Source: Felis catus (Eukaryota). Taken from it: a stretch of DNA of 64,000 nucleotides. Position 1 is the first letter of the stretch; each line of letters opens with the position of its first letter. The stretch is taken from NCBI RefSeq assembly GCF_018350175.1, contig NC_058369.1, positions 152,520,001 through 152,584,000 of the forward strand, in the 5' to 3' direction. The notes under the pieces are model-generated. The model was not told where the DNA came from. It worked only from the letters and a program-made list of their open reading frames with translations, and did not search any database. This document shows, piece by piece, positions 38,430 to 52,295 of this stretch. The position numbers and the translations under genes are program-made.

Positions 38430-38678
38430 TTTTTGTTTGTTTGTTTGTTTGTTTGTTTTTTTAATTCTTTTTAATGTTTGCTTATTTTTGAGAGAGAAAG
38501 AGACAGATAGAGCCCGAGCAGGGGAGGGCCGGAGAGAGAGGGAGACACAGAATCTGAAGCAGGCTCCAGGCTCTGAGCTGCCAGCCGGGAGTGACACGGG
38601 GCTCAAACCCACAAACTGTGAGATCATGACCTGAGCCGAAGCTGGATGCTTAAGGGACTGAGCCACCCAGGTGCCCCT
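38430..38678 (-). mobile_element. SINEC_Fc with (AAAC)n tail, TSD gcactcattttt
   Basis: Reverse-complement CAN-SINE; tail has become a (gttt)n repeat; flanking direct repeat. Confidence 0.94.
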
Positions 38679-38859
38679 GAGAGTGCACTCATTTTTAAGT
38701 CAAGACCCCTAGGAACTGATGAGTCAGACTCCACACATTCTTATGAAAAGCCAGTGAATTAAATCATCTATATCTAAAGTGATGCTCAGCAATCCTGCCT
38801 GGTCCATTCATTGTGTTGCTCCTCAAATTGATTATTTCCAACTTTCTCTGCTCTTTCTG

Positions 38860-39540
38860 AACACTGATACCCTCCTATCCCAACCATTAGCCGCAGCCTT
38901 GCTTCTTATTTCACTGAGAAAATAAAAATCATCAGAACGGGACGTCTTCTCCCGAGTACCCAAACCTTCAACTTACCTGCCTGTGTATCGCTCCTCTGCC
39001 TTCCTGCTCTGTACTCTGCAGAGCCTGCCTCCAGCTCTCACTGGGCCCTAGGTCCCATCTCCACCCACACAAAGCCATTCCCCCTGCAGCTGACCTTCTC
39101 TCTTCAATCGAGTTCTCTCTCTCCAGTAAATGTGCCCCATCAGCAGAGACAGCTGCACTATCTGACAAGTAGAAAGATGTCCTCCCTGGATACCACATCC
39201 CCTTCCAGCCACCAGCCCATTCTCTCCTCCCCTTTATAGCTAAACATCTAACAAGAGCAACTTGTACAGACTTACTTCCCTCACTCCGGTGTGGACACGT
39301 ACCAACTCTATTCATCTTTTCACCCTTAACCTCTCGTGAGGTGACTAATAACCGCCCTCTGCCCAAATCCAATGATCAGCTCTTAGCATGCAATTCTTCC
39401 TCCACCTCTCTGACTCTGGGGCTTTCACAGCATTCTCTCACTGTTGTTTCATAAAACATTTTTCTTCTCTAGGCTTGCAATCAACAGGCTGTCTGTCTGT
39501 TTGTTTTCTAGCTCACCATGTGCTGTTTCTTGGTCACTGT
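38860..39540 (+). mobile_element. L2 internal fragment
   Basis: cttgcttcttatttcactgagaaaata...ctcccctttatagctaaac...gcccaaatccaatg...cagcatt. Confidence 0.7.
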
Positions 39541-40594
39541 GGGTCCTCTACATGTCCCCTACCTCTATTTACCAAGTTGCTCAGCCCAAAACCTCAGAAT
39601 TTGGGGGAGAATTAAATTAAATGATAGGAGTAGAAATGTTAAGACATTTCCTTGCTCACAGTGATAGTGTACTATGAGTTGACTATTATTTTTACTTATT
39701 ATTACATTTTAAATGAAAAGAGAAATATAAGATACAGACAAAAGATGGAGAAGACAGTAAAGAACATAAGCACTCTGGGTAAATGCCAACCCATGAAAAT
39801 AGGAAAAGACAAACACAAAGGGATGGACAGTGCCCTTCAGAGAACAGACTGATACCATTTAACTCCTGAGACAGATTTCAAAATGGAACACCTACCCCCA
39901 CCAAATGGAGGCCTTATCTCTACTGAATAGCCCAGTTATCAACTTGTTAAATGAGGGGGAAATATTCAATTTTAGATGAAGTAATCAACAGAAAGAAAAG
40001 TCAGTATTTATAGCAAATTCATGAAGCAAAATGCATACACACAATTTTCTAACGTTCACAATTTTCTAATGTTAGTTTTCTAAACTAACACCTAGTTTAA
40101 CCACTGCATTTCACAGATAAAGCACCTAAAGCCTGAAGAGGCTAAATGTATTGTCCAGGGTCATACAACTAATTAGTGCTTAAATTGGCTTTTCTCATTC
40201 TCGCTTAAAAATTCCTATCCCTTTCTTTAGTTATTTAAGTGGTGTTTGCTGGGAAAATAGGTACCTAGTACTTCCATAGCCCTACTGCAATTCTCATCAC
40301 ATGAGAAAAAAATTCCAGCGAATCAGGGACTATTTCTGTTTTGGTTTTTTTCCTCCACCATGGTTTGCTTGGAGTAAGCACTGAATAAATGTGTACTGAA
40401 TAAATGATACTGTAATGTTCAATGTCCCAGTTTCATCTTCTAATGCTTAGCATCTAACATGGTATCTGGCATATATTTGTTGCAAATATATAGCTTTTGG
40501 AAGCATGAATGCATCTTGACTGAATGGCTCCACCATTTTGACAAATGTTATTACATTCACTTGAGGTCAAATATGGAAACTGGAAAGCATGAAA

Positions 40595-41220
40595 ATTCAA
40601 GTGATCCACCTCCCCCAAGTTTGAGGACAGGTTAAACTTGGTGACTTACAAAAAGTAACATAGGGAAAGGGGGAAAAATTAGCTTTGCAGTGGAGAAACA
40701 TAGCAAATACAACCTTAGCCAAATGATCAGGTTACCATCATCATGGATGTCATGTGGATATCATATATCCCTAAGATAATGGGACAAAAACAGACTTCAG
40801 TTCTGCAGTATTTGTTTTTCAAGAACCTACAACTCCAGTCTAGTTATGAGTAAAATAATAGGCAAAGCCAGATTGGGGGATAGTCTATAGGATACCTGGC
40901 CAGTATTCCTCAAGACCATTATGGGGAGAAAAAAAAAAAAGACTGAGAACTTGAGAAACAGATCAAAGGAGGCTGGGAAGATATGCCATATCTACCCAAT
41001 CCAAGGTGATATCCTGGACTGGGTCCTCGAATAGAAAGTCTAGAGTTTAGTTAAGAATAACGAAGCAAATATGAGTTTCTTTGACAAAGGTACCATGGTA
41101 ATATACAATGTTCAACAATAGGGAACATAATAGGGTAAAGGGTGTACAGGAACTCCCAGTAGTATCTTCATAACTTGTTTAGAAATCTAAAATTATTCCA
41201 AAATAAGTTTTTTTTTTAAA
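40595..41220 (+). mobile_element. L1MC/L1MD-type 3'UTR fragment
   Basis: ctttgcagtggagaaac...accttagccaaatgatcaggtta...atcctggactgggtcct...aaatctaaaattattccaaaataa. Confidence 0.75.
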
Positions 41221-41283
41221 TCAGTGCTGGATACCAGATGATACACATATGAAACTGTCTTGGGACTTAAGAAAGAAGTACAC

Positions 41284-41460
41284 AGGGCACCTGAGTGGCT
41301 CGGGTGAGCATCCAACTCTTGATTTCAGCTCAGGTCATGATCCCAGGTGGTGGGATTGAGCCCTGCACTGGGCTCTGCACTGAGCATGGAGCCTGATTAA
41401 GATTCTCTCTCTCTTCCTCTCTCTCTTTCATTCTCTAAGATAAAAAAAAATTTTTTTTAA
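41284..41460 (+). mobile_element. Older CAN-SINE
   Basis: gggcacctgagtggctc...cttgatttcagctcaggtcatgatcccagg, CT region, A tail. Confidence 0.88.
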
Positions 41461-44216
41461 TGAAGTGTGCAGATACCTGGCTAGATCACCAAATATGGGC
41501 AGTGTTTACACATCTCATATGCTTCTACATCCAGCCTCAGAGCACTCTTGTACTGGCAGACACAATAAATGTAAATCAAATGATTAATTGTATTCTCTTG
41601 CCATAATCTTTCTGTGATATCTATTGGTGTTTTCAATGCTGTTTTTGAAAGTGAGAAAGTGGATCAGAAGCACGTGCACATTAAAGTGGGAGCCACGTGT
41701 GGAAGAGGTCAGCTGGCCTCCCGACCTGCAGACCGAGGGGCAGCCAGCGGGCCTGGAGTGTGTCCTGAGCAACAGCAACCACAACAACCATAACTACCAT
41801 TTTGGGAAAGCATGGTAGCGTGCCATCCTTTGCACCACAGTTTCACCCGCAAGATTACATTTCACTCTCTCATTCCTGCAGCAATTCTATTCCCATTTTG
41901 GAGATGAGAGTTAGGATCATCAGAGAGATGAACTACGTGGTCAAGGTTGCAACTGCAATTCCAACACAGATATTTCTGACCCTTCCACTAAATCGGTAAA
42001 CCAAAGACAAGGGAATTTCATAAAAACAATTGTCTAAGCTACGATCCTAATATCATTAATGTAAGCCAGAGAATAATATACTGAGATATTATATATTTAT
42101 TGTATATATGCATGAACATCCATATAATTTCCATTACATTGAAAAAATGTAAAGGGGTTATGAACACTACACCTGATATACAGCAAATGTTAGTCCTCTC
42201 CTACCTTAATAGGCTACACCTATTTTCAATAAATTCCAACCTTGTTTTTGCTTCTGATTTAGGACCTGGACTAGTATGAATTATCAGGGCAATTCAAAAG
42301 GGCAGAGAAGCTAATGCCAGAAGTCAAGTTTAGCCAGTTTATATGAGATAAGAGTTAAATCTCGGCCAGTATCAAGTTATTCTAGATTAAAAAAAAAAAA
42401 TGTATGTCACATCAGTGAAACTCCTTTGGAGTTAGAAATATAAAAGATTTTCAAAAACCCATCATCCTTTTCCTAGACTATATGATTACATGCTTTATTA
42501 AGGACTCATTCAATAGATTTGATTCAGATCATGGGAGTAAGTGTCAGCTATCTTTATGGATTTCATTAAGAATTTTTTCTAACATGACCACTTTACGTTC
42601 TACCTTTTAAGCTGAATAGACTTTCCTCTTGGACATCATAGCCACTATCTTGATGGTTAATAATTCATAAATCCAGTAATGAGATTCTAATTACTTTTAC
42701 ATAAGTCTGAAATTTACCAGCAAGAGCCAAGGAAGGGACTGGCCTAGACCAACCCTCTTTGTGCATTATTTTAGGGGGAATGGCCCCCAGGCGAGTTGGA
42801 GCTAAATGGAAGGGGGATGGCAAATCTTTGAAATAATGTAGTCATCTTTCTCTACGCTAAAATAAGCAAGGTAATTAAAAGAGCTGCCATCTGTAATGAC
42901 CAAGGAAACCTGCCTTACGGACGGAAGTGGGGCTTTGTTAGACAACAAACATTGGAGTTGTAATCTAATACAAAAAACAATCCAGACACATGAGCAAGAT
43001 CTATTAAACAGTGATGGCAAACGGCCACATGCTGCCTGGATGAATCACTCAGTGTTATCATCAAGAAAGAGAACTAATTTTTTAAACCTGGTAATGCAGT
43101 ACTGCCTTAGTTTTAGGCTTTGTATGTTGACAATAAATAAATGGCCTAAGAGGATTCGCTCCCTTTGGGATGCAGGTCAGAGTACTGTCCTCAAATCCCT
43201 TTTATATATGTTTTCTATATATTTTATTTAATTAATGCTTCTGAAATAACAGATCTATTTTGGCATTGTGTATCACATATGGACTTGAACTGGTTTTTGT
43301 CTTTATGCTCATTGTGAGCTCTGCCAGCCTTCCACTGAATCTGTAGTTGGTTACGAGTTGGAATCAGGCAAGAGAGTGAGGGTAAGAATCAAATATTTAA
43401 CCCCAAAGGACAAACTTCCCTGAGCAACCACATTTTAGATGCATCATAACTACATATTCAATGTGGGATGCCTGAGTTGGCCATCTTTACTTCTAATTAA
43501 TATATTGTTTCCTTCAAACTCAAATATTTAGAATTAGGTAACTCTCTGATTCCTTCTTGGAATGTTTTTGTGTCCTTCTGGGACCCAAAGACACCTGAAT
43601 TTATTGGATTTATACTTATACCAAGTTACCTCCCCAGTTTGAGATAAGAAGTTTCCTCACAGAGAAGTTTTATCACATAAGATATGATGAGTAAAGCACT
43701 TGCCAAGAAATGTCATCTTCTTGTAAAAACTCAAATCACAATTACCTCTGGCAATGGTGGACAGATAATGCTACAGAAAAGATAGAACAGATAATTGAAA
43801 TCCACAGATAAGCCTCAAATCTCATTTCAGCCCCAAATTTCAAATGTTTCCCTACTCCCAACTGACTTTCTTCAGAGTTGATGGCAAACTGAAAAACATT
43901 ACTGACTTGAGATCCATTATTATGTTTAATTTTTCAAAAATTATAAGCTATGTGTCTACAAGCGTGAAACGAGAAAGAACATAAAACACTCCTCTTTGTA
44001 ATTAGCAGCCTCCAAAAGTCAGTTTAACTTACACTGTGAGCTACACCTCCCAAGGCAAACATACATGCCCATCATGTTACGAGTTACATTAGATTTGGGC
44101 TGGTCTGTTATTTATAATCTCATTTATACTGGAAAATATAACCTGCCATTTATAGAAGGCAGAAATGCAAAAGTTCAGGGAATTGCTCCTTCTCCACTTC
44201 AAACGTTCCTATCATG

Positions 44217-44413
44217 GAGCACCTGGTGGCTCAGTCGGTCAGTTAAGCGTCCGACTTCGGCGTAGGTCATGATCTCACAGTTAGTGAGGCCGAGCCCTAT
44301 GTCGCGCTCTCTGCTGTCAGCACAGAGCCTGCTTCGGATCCTCTGTCTCCCTCTCTCTGCCCCTCCCTCCCTTACTCTATCTCAAAAATAAACAAACATT
44401 TAAAAAAAAAAAA
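44217..44413 (+). mobile_element. SINEC_Fc
   Basis: Head, CT region and poly(A) tail. Confidence 0.92.
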
Positions 44414-45725
44414 ACTTTCCCATCCAAGGAAATGAAAGTGAGGGACAGAGGTTGGGGGCAAGGCTGAGGAGAAGTTAGAAGGTACTGATGTTTAATGAAA
44501 AGAACCAGAAGGGTTAAGGAAGCGAAAGTGGTGGAGAGAATTGAGAAAGGAGAAATTTCACCCAGAATTCTCTGGGAGGCTCAGTGATTGGATGGACTAC
44601 CAGAAAAATGGATCCTCACTCAATGCCACTTCCAGATTGGAACGTCCCTGCACCCACCCCTTAAACTGACCCTAGATTTCAAGATTTCCATCCACTAAAC
44701 CCCACTCCAGGATCACAGGTTCAGAAATCAGAGCCTGGAAGACATTATCCCAGGAATGGGTCCCTACTCTATTCCTGCCAGTGTTAGCTATTTGTGTCTT
44801 CTACAACCCTAGATAGGTCCGTGCTTAGAGCTAGTATGGGGTGTTAGTTCATAAACCTCTGGTTCTGTATCAAACTCCTTCCTTTCTGTTAGCATCCCCG
44901 CCTGTGTCCTTGGGACACTGGACCTGATCGTCTCTGAATTTACTGTACTTGACTGCCGTCCTCCCCAATTAGGGGGGAGCCAAGAACACCACTATCTAAC
45001 ATACCTGTGGTCTTAACATCTTCCGGTCTACGTTACCTGGTTAGCTCATGTATCACAATACAGACAGGGATCTAAAATAGTGACTGGAATATAAAAAGTG
45101 CTCAATAAATACTAAATGATAGACAAGATGAACTAAAATTAGTTATCCATTTAAAGAAGCATATGGAAAATATGAACATTGAGAAACATTCATATGTTGA
45201 GTCAGTTTAAGATTTCAGGATTTCACCACCCATCAATCACTTTATCCTGGCATTGGGTATTCTGTGGGCCTTTTACATTATGCAATCACATAATAGCTAG
45301 AAGTGTTAGACATGTCTTTATAGATAACGATGTCACATCTGCATAAAGAATGAGGATAATATTTGGTAATATTGGCTCCAGGGAAAGACTCATGCTGTCC
45401 CAAGAGTTTTCTACATGTTACTATACCACATGACATTCGCCAGCCTTCTGCTTTCTCATTTTAGGTAACCTTGAGACTAAAGTGGTTAATACACCAGGAG
45501 ATCCTAACTTGGCATCTTCCACATAATTTTATTCTGCTGCTTTCCTTTCTCCAGTTCCATTTCCTTCAGCCATAAATCACCACTTGGCATTCACGTATTA
45601 CTACACTTTCCATCATTTCTCTAACCATTGTTTTCAGACACAAGATGAATCTATCCAAACCAAGGAGGATCGAGAAGCTGAAGACAGGCTGATCACATGA
45701 AATCAACGAAGCACTTCCAACTTAC

Positions 45726-45826
45726 AAGCTTCCCGAAGTTTCTCTTTGTCATAGTGGAATCCTTCATAGTCTTGTAAACTGATTTTGTTCACCCGGATCC
45801 TCAGGCGGTCTGGGACAGATTGGGGA
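45726..45826 (-). CDS. DGKI: DGKI internal exon, 101 nt, phase 2-1: PQSVPDRLRIRVNKISLQDYEGFHYDKEKLREA
   Basis: Acceptor ttcttgttttgcag|TCCCC, donor GCTT|gtaagt; peptide visible in ORF 45703..45921; the final T joins CT of the next exon to make Ser. Confidence 0.96.
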
Positions 45827-48800
45827 CTGCAAAACAAGAACCGAGTAGTCAGACATAAATGAGAGGGTAGAATTGAGAGCCACATGCACCTGGAAGGACT
45901 AAAGGCAAAACATCTCTTCATGCTTGGAAGAAAAAGTTCTCATTCACACCAGACAACAGCCATTATCTGGAGAATACATCTACAGAAACCTCAAGTTTCT
46001 GGAATTTAGGTAAGAATGTGGAAATAATCAGAAAAAGCTTCTGGAAGCTCCTCCAATCCTATTTGCTTTTAATGTGTTAAAAAGTCTAGTAAGATCATGT
46101 GTTTACTTCCATGATAAATTAGACACAGCTAATCTGAAATAGTGAGAAGCGGTGTAGACATATAAAAACTGCTGTAGACAGGTATGTCCATACCAGCCTC
46201 TTATGACAGTTTGACCCTCAGAAGAAACAAATAAACAAAAACTATAAAAAGCAGACCAAGAATTGAGAAAACACAGGGCTGAGCTCAAAATGGCTCCAAC
46301 AGTCTAACGGCACCTCTCAGTCAAAGTTTATGACAATAAATGCTGTCGGTGGTGGGGATTCTGAGTGCCACAAAATGAAGGAAAAAAATGAAAATATGTC
46401 TAAGGTACTTTCTTTAGAAAGGGAATGAGGTTGTAATTCATTTTAACAGAATTCGCGACACATGTTAAACGAAAGGGGGTAGTGCCAAGCTTTCTGAAGC
46501 ATCCTGTTCCCCCACAGAATTTCTTTACCTGGATTCCATGGACTAAGTAATATTTTCAGGCTAGTTTAACCACTGGCATTAGTTGAGCGAAACAACGTAA
46601 TTTTTGCCAGCACTCCTATGGATCAAAACATTTCTTCAATGGATTAATAGAGCACAATCCCCACTCGTCCTTCACTGTTTCCCTATACTTAGATTTCATT
46701 GGTTCAGATAATTTTAGCAAATAAAGGATTGCTTCCCCTGTCTTGTATTATGGGATAAAAGTCACCATTGACCCAAGGAGAAAGAATAGCATTACTCTTC
46801 ATTTCAGTAAAGAAGGGAAGGAATGGAAAAGGGAAAGAAGGGGAAAAAGAGAAGAAAAAGAGGGAAGGAAGAAGAAAAAGATAGATGGAAGGAGGGAGGA
46901 GGGAGTGATTAAATACTGCCTGGATACTGAGACCCCCCCCCACCCCACCTCTCACACACACATGTATGGAATTTCACTGCAACTCTGGAAGAAGGAGGGG
47001 GAAATAATTCAATCTCATTCTATTGTCTAATGCTTCATCGTAGGGCAAAGTATAGTAGTAACTCCCTCCAGGTAGATTCCCACTCTAATACCTTAAAACA
47101 ACATATATATCCAGCTATGGACACATATGTGCATACTCATACATAGTCCTCTTCCTCCCCCCTCCCACACAAAGATATTTAGATAGACGTGCATAAATTC
47201 TAAAGAGAGATGGTGGACAAACAAAAATGTCTGAGGTTCACTGGGCTAAAAACTAAGCCAATATGAAATGACAAGATTGATATTTGCGAGGGAAAGTTTT
47301 GAGAAGACACATCAATACATCGGTCCGTTCAAAGTGTGTCTGTTGGGTGTCCACTTTGTAACGGGCATTGTGCCGGACATGGAATCAGCTTTGATAAATA
47401 AAACTGACATAAGCAGTGATGGGAGATATGATTTGAAGGCATATTTGTAAGCTAGAACATACCTTAAATATCATGCCTACCATGTCATCTTTTATAGAGA
47501 GGAAAGCTGAGGTGCAGAAAGGTAAAGTGATTTTATGGTCACAGAGCTACTAAGTGGCAGAGCTGGGAGCAGAGTCTTGGACTCTTCACTCATAGGTTTC
47601 GTGCTTGTTCTATTATACGGGGCCAAGAATCCCATGGGTTTGATGGCAAAACCACAGCGCCTGAATTAACAAAGTCGAATGATCTCTCTGTGGTGTTCAG
47701 ACTCTTATCAATAAGCAGTGAGTGGAGGGATAGCTCGGTAAACTCTGGTGCACTGAAACAAGAGAACACTGGGCAAACAGTACGAATGAGTGTGCAGATC
47801 CGCCTTTGTTTGGAGGGAAGTTCGACTATAACATTGTGAAGTGAAAAAAAAACGTTAGAGAAAATTATATCTGGAATAATCTCCTTCATGTAAACTGTGG
47901 AACCTCGGCATCTGTAAAGGTACACAAGTGTCTGGAGAAAATGTTCAGTAAGCTATCCCAAGCAGTTACCTCTACACGATGGGATTTAGGGATTATTTCA
48001 CACTGAGAATCATCCTTTTTAGGAAAATATTTTAAAAGTATGTCAATATGTAAATAAATGGTAACTCAGAGCCAGAGTAAAAATAAGAGTTACAGCAAAG
48101 GGTGTTAGGTATTAGACATAAATAGATAGGAAAGGATAGGAAAGAACTTAAGCAATTGACAGAGTGACCATACAGTGTATCAAATGCTTATCCCCAAATT
48201 AAGAGGGGTCCGATCTTTTTATTTTCAAGTTCACCCCAGTGACCTGCAAAGACTGTACTTAGCAAACGTTTCCCCACAAGTACATCAGGTTAAGAGGGAA
48301 GCTGGAAGCACAGAATGTAGTGGCCCACCATACCCTCCGGGGGGAGGTGGGGGAGGATGCAGGTTGAAAGACGTCTACTTCCATACATTTCAAGATTACA
48401 GTAGGTCTAATGACAGTGAAGTCTAGTCTTCTCCAATGGGCTGGAGATGTCAGGACTAAGACCTGGCTCCAGCAGTAGCTGTCGCGTGGACAATGGGGTT
48501 GAAGGAATGACTAGAGACCAGTCGCTATACGGCCTTGTCCCAGGGGCTCCCCACTAGCTAACCAGTGTTTACCACCTTTCTCACAGTCCACCAGGGCCTG
48601 CCCCCTGTCCACAGGCTTCCACCTCCCAGCTTTGTGTCGGCGCCCACCCAGTCCAGCCACACACTGCTGCCTACTGAACCATGGCCTCCACCGACCTTCC
48701 TTACGGGTGGCCCACCATGCACAAGCAACATGAACTGTCATTTGAATGGAACTTTCCAGAATCCAAATGAATTCACATATTATCTCACTTCATCTCCAGA

Positions 48801-49084
48801 GTGATCAGCCAGGCAGAAGAAAACTCACCGCTTATCACTCTCCCCCATCCCACCTTCTTACACACCCCCTCTCTCTTGCGGGCCGCTCCCGTCTGTTCCT
48901 GAGGACTTACAATGCATCCCATGTTCCCACCAGCAGCAGCTTGCTTAAACCCACTCTTCTGACTAGGGGACCTGGGGCTTGGCTTGCTATCAAGTGTTGA
49001 GGCCCACCAGCAAATTTTAGAGCAACCACGGGGTCCATGATGGAAATCTGCTTGGAGTAATTTTGGATCCTGGCGTGAAGGGTA

Positions 49085-49330
49085 GGCAGCTCAGCCAAGT
49101 CTAAGAGCTCAGACTCTGAGTCAGATTGCCCGGATGGGAGGTAAAGCTCCTCCAATTATTGGTTAATCAGGTAACCTTGTGCTCCAGCTCCCTCGTAGGT
49201 AAGGCGGAGATGACGAGAGGATCCACCTCACAGACCGACTACAAGGATTAAATGGGTCAATACGGGTAACATGCTGAGAAAAAAGTCTGGCACGTTGAAA
49301 GTGCTCAGGATACCAGCTATCACCGGCATA
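49085..49330 (+). mobile_element. MIR
   Basis: taagagctcagactctgagtcaga...aggattaaatg...tctggcac...gtgctca. Confidence 0.7.
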
Positions 49331-50760
49331 ATTATTATTCTGAAAACCCTACATAAGGTTCTGCTAATAAACAATAGAATCAGCTGCTGCCGGGTCATGG
49401 AAGAAGGTCAGGGCATATGCAGGAGCCTCCCTAGGCACCTGTGCAAGCTGCTGGGGAAACCGTCTAGCCTCAATAATGTCATCATTCTCCTGGATCTCCT
49501 CCCACAGGTATTTTACAGGCCAACCAGTAACATGAAAACAGACAACGAGAACAGGGGAAAGAGAAAATACACAGATGTTAAATGAAAGCCAAGTAATTCA
49601 ATTGTGTCCCTTTATGTCAAAATATATTAATGTCCCATTAATGGCTGAGTGGAGGTGGATGATGACAAAGCTGTTCCTTAGAGTCTGGGGAATAGCAGTG
49701 CCATTAGTTTTCTAAAATCCAATTTTTCCAAGAAAGTTAGTGGAGCAGAGAAGAGATAAACGTCCTGGTTAAACTGAATTTGCCTGCACGCCAACATCTA
49801 CCACAAACTCTTCTGCAGAATTCGGCTCTGTATGGGGGGTTCTAAACCAGACTTCCAAGGAGTCACTGAAGGTTCCTAAAAGGGACTCAGCAATATTTGA
49901 ATTCTCTCCGCAACCCAGACAGTGGCCTCAACCTATCATCTTCTCACAAATTTCCTGTGAAACGTCAAGATTGAGTTTTCTGTGCACGTCAGAAGTGCAT
50001 GGCTCTGAATGTAACTCCCAAAAGTCTCCCTGAGAACTCCCTCAAGAACTACAACGAAAGCAATAAATTCACTCACTTGGGCTCCAGACCACACCTTCTC
50101 ATATTCACATTGCACACACCTGTTTCACTGAGATGCTGGGGGCTGGGGGGAGTTGGCAGTGCGATCGAGACAACTCCCAGAATGCTCACTGCTATTCAAC
50201 TTACACCCAGTTCTCATTCCTCTCTCTTCAACCTTCACGCTTTCAGTTTCTTTACTACACGTTTCTTTTAGTCTGATAACAGACTCCCCTCATTCCAATC
50301 TTCTCACATGGATACCGTTTACGGACAAAGAGAATGAGTTGGGGGCTTTTGTTCCCCAGGGTCACTTCCAGACCAGCAACACCACATAACCAGACCAGAC
50401 CAGCCACACCACTCATGGGTAACATGGATAATACGGGAATCATATCCTTTAATATTAAGACACTACAGCCAGTGTGCAAAGCAAGATGTAAACTCAGAAA
50501 TATCTCAGTTCCAATCTGAACTCTGTCAATTAATACATGTTTGACATTGAGAGCTGTGAAGTTACCTTGGCCAAACCATTTTCTGATCTGAAAATGGAAC
50601 TGATAATATGAATACAGTGAACAGTGAATGAGAAAATACATGTAAGGCAGTTAGCACATCCCTAGTAAAGAATAAGTGTTGAATATAATGTTGTTGTATT
50701 TTTTAATACCCTGATGCTTCAACTTCTACAAGCCTTTTTTTTTTAATTTAATCCTAGATA

Positions 50761-50970
50761 GGGGTGCCTGGGTAGCTCAGTCAGTTAAGAATCCGACTTT
50801 GGCTCAGGTCATGATCTCGTGATTTGTGAGTTTGAGCCTCATGTCGGGCTCTGTGCTGACAGCTCAGAGCCTGGAGCCTGCTTCAGATTCTATGTCTCCC
50901 TCTCTCTCTGCCCCTCCCCCACTCATGCTCTGTGTGTCTCTCTCTCAAAAATAAATAAATATTTAAAAAG
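50761..50970 (+). mobile_element. SINEC_Fc, TSD tttaatcctag
   Basis: Full element with flanking direct repeat. Confidence 0.94.
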
Positions 50971-51185
50971 TTTTTTAATTTAATCCTAGGTAATATCATA
51001 GCAGAAGCCACAGTCACAGATCTAAGTAGGGGTCAGCAGATACCAAACCTTAGCAGAATGACAGTTTGATAACACAAGACGGGGACACAAAAATTCAGAG
51101 TTACATAGCCATATATAGTCTGTTGGATGAGAATCCAAGTAGGGGCTGTGAATGTTTCAAGATATCTTAAAGATACTAAGAATAT

Positions 51186-51520
51186 GGGGGCACCTGTCTG
51201 GCTCAGTCAGAAGAATGTACCACTCTTGATCTCAGGGTTCTAAGTTCAAGCCCCACACTGTGTAGAAATTACTTAAAAATAAAATCTTTAGAGGTGCGTG
51301 GGTGGCTCAGTCGGTTAAGTGTCCAACTACGGCTCAGGTCATGATCTCAGGGCTCGTGACTTGGAGCCCCGTGTAGGACTCTGTGCTGACAGCTCAAAGC
51401 CTGGAGCCTGCTTCGGATTCTGTTTCTCCCTCTCTCTGCCACTGCCTCGCTCATGCTCTGTCTCTCTCAAAAATAAACATTAAAAAAAAATTTAATACAA
51501 TAAAATCTTTAAAAAATTAT
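51186..51520 (+). mobile_element. Short old CAN-SINE with a SINEC_Fc (51291-51495) nested in its tail
   Basis: Inner TSD aataaaatcttta; outer TSD atact(a/g)agaatat. Confidence 0.9.
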
Positions 51521-51655
51521 ACTGAGAATATAAATCCTCATTGAGACCCTTAAAGTTATATAATTACTCTACATTTTGTACTTTGTAAATGTCCAATTTT
51601 CATTAACATTCTTCAGTGGTTCAGTGTAAGACCTGCCCCTTAAAACATTCATTAT

Positions 51656-51860
51656 GGGGTTGCCTGGGTGGTTTAGTCAGGTAAGTGTCTGACTCTTGAT
51701 TTGGCTCAGGTCGTGATCTCATGGTTCAGGAGTCAAGCCCCATGTTGGGCTCTGCACTGACAGTGTGGAGCCTGTTTGGGATTCTCTCTCTCCCTCTCCG
51801 CACCCCCCAACAATACTCCCTGCTGTTTCTCTCTCTCAAAATAAATAAACTTAAAAAACA
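51656..51860 (+). mobile_element. CAN-SINE
   Basis: Head, CT region, tail; TSD tcattatg. Confidence 0.9.
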
Positions 51861-52079
51861 ACTCATTATGTAGACTCACTCACTTTTATGATGAACTGTA
51901 ATTTAGCCAGGAATTCACTACTCCTATACAGTTAGTTGTCCTTTGTAAGGCAGAAAACATCACATCTTTGTCTGCCTTTCTCCTTCCAAGTCTGATTCAA
52001 TACTGATACATTGCTTTCATTTCTTTCAAACGTGAGATTCTACCCAATCATAACCTAAGATGTAATAAAGTATATTTCT

Positions 52080-52295
52080 TTTTTAAAAAAAATTGTTTAA
52101 TGCTTATTTATTTTTGAGAGAGAGAGAAAGAGAGCAGGGAAGGGGCAGAGGGAGAGGGAGACACAGATTCCAAAGCAGGCTCCAGGCTCCGAGCTGTCAG
52201 CCCAGAGCCCGATGTGGGGCTCGAACTCACAAAGAGTGACACCATGATCTGAGCCGAAGTCAGACACCCAACCAACTGAGCCACCCAGGTGCCCC
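52080..52295 (-). mobile_element. SINEC_Fc
   Basis: Reverse-complement element; TSD aataaagt(a/c)tatttct. Confidence 0.93.

Noticed and set aside
45809-45826. Internal acceptor ctgtcccag|ACCGC in the 101-nt exon
   Set aside because: It removes 17 nt and shifts phase; the upstream ttttgcag acceptor restores the expected PQSVPD sequence.
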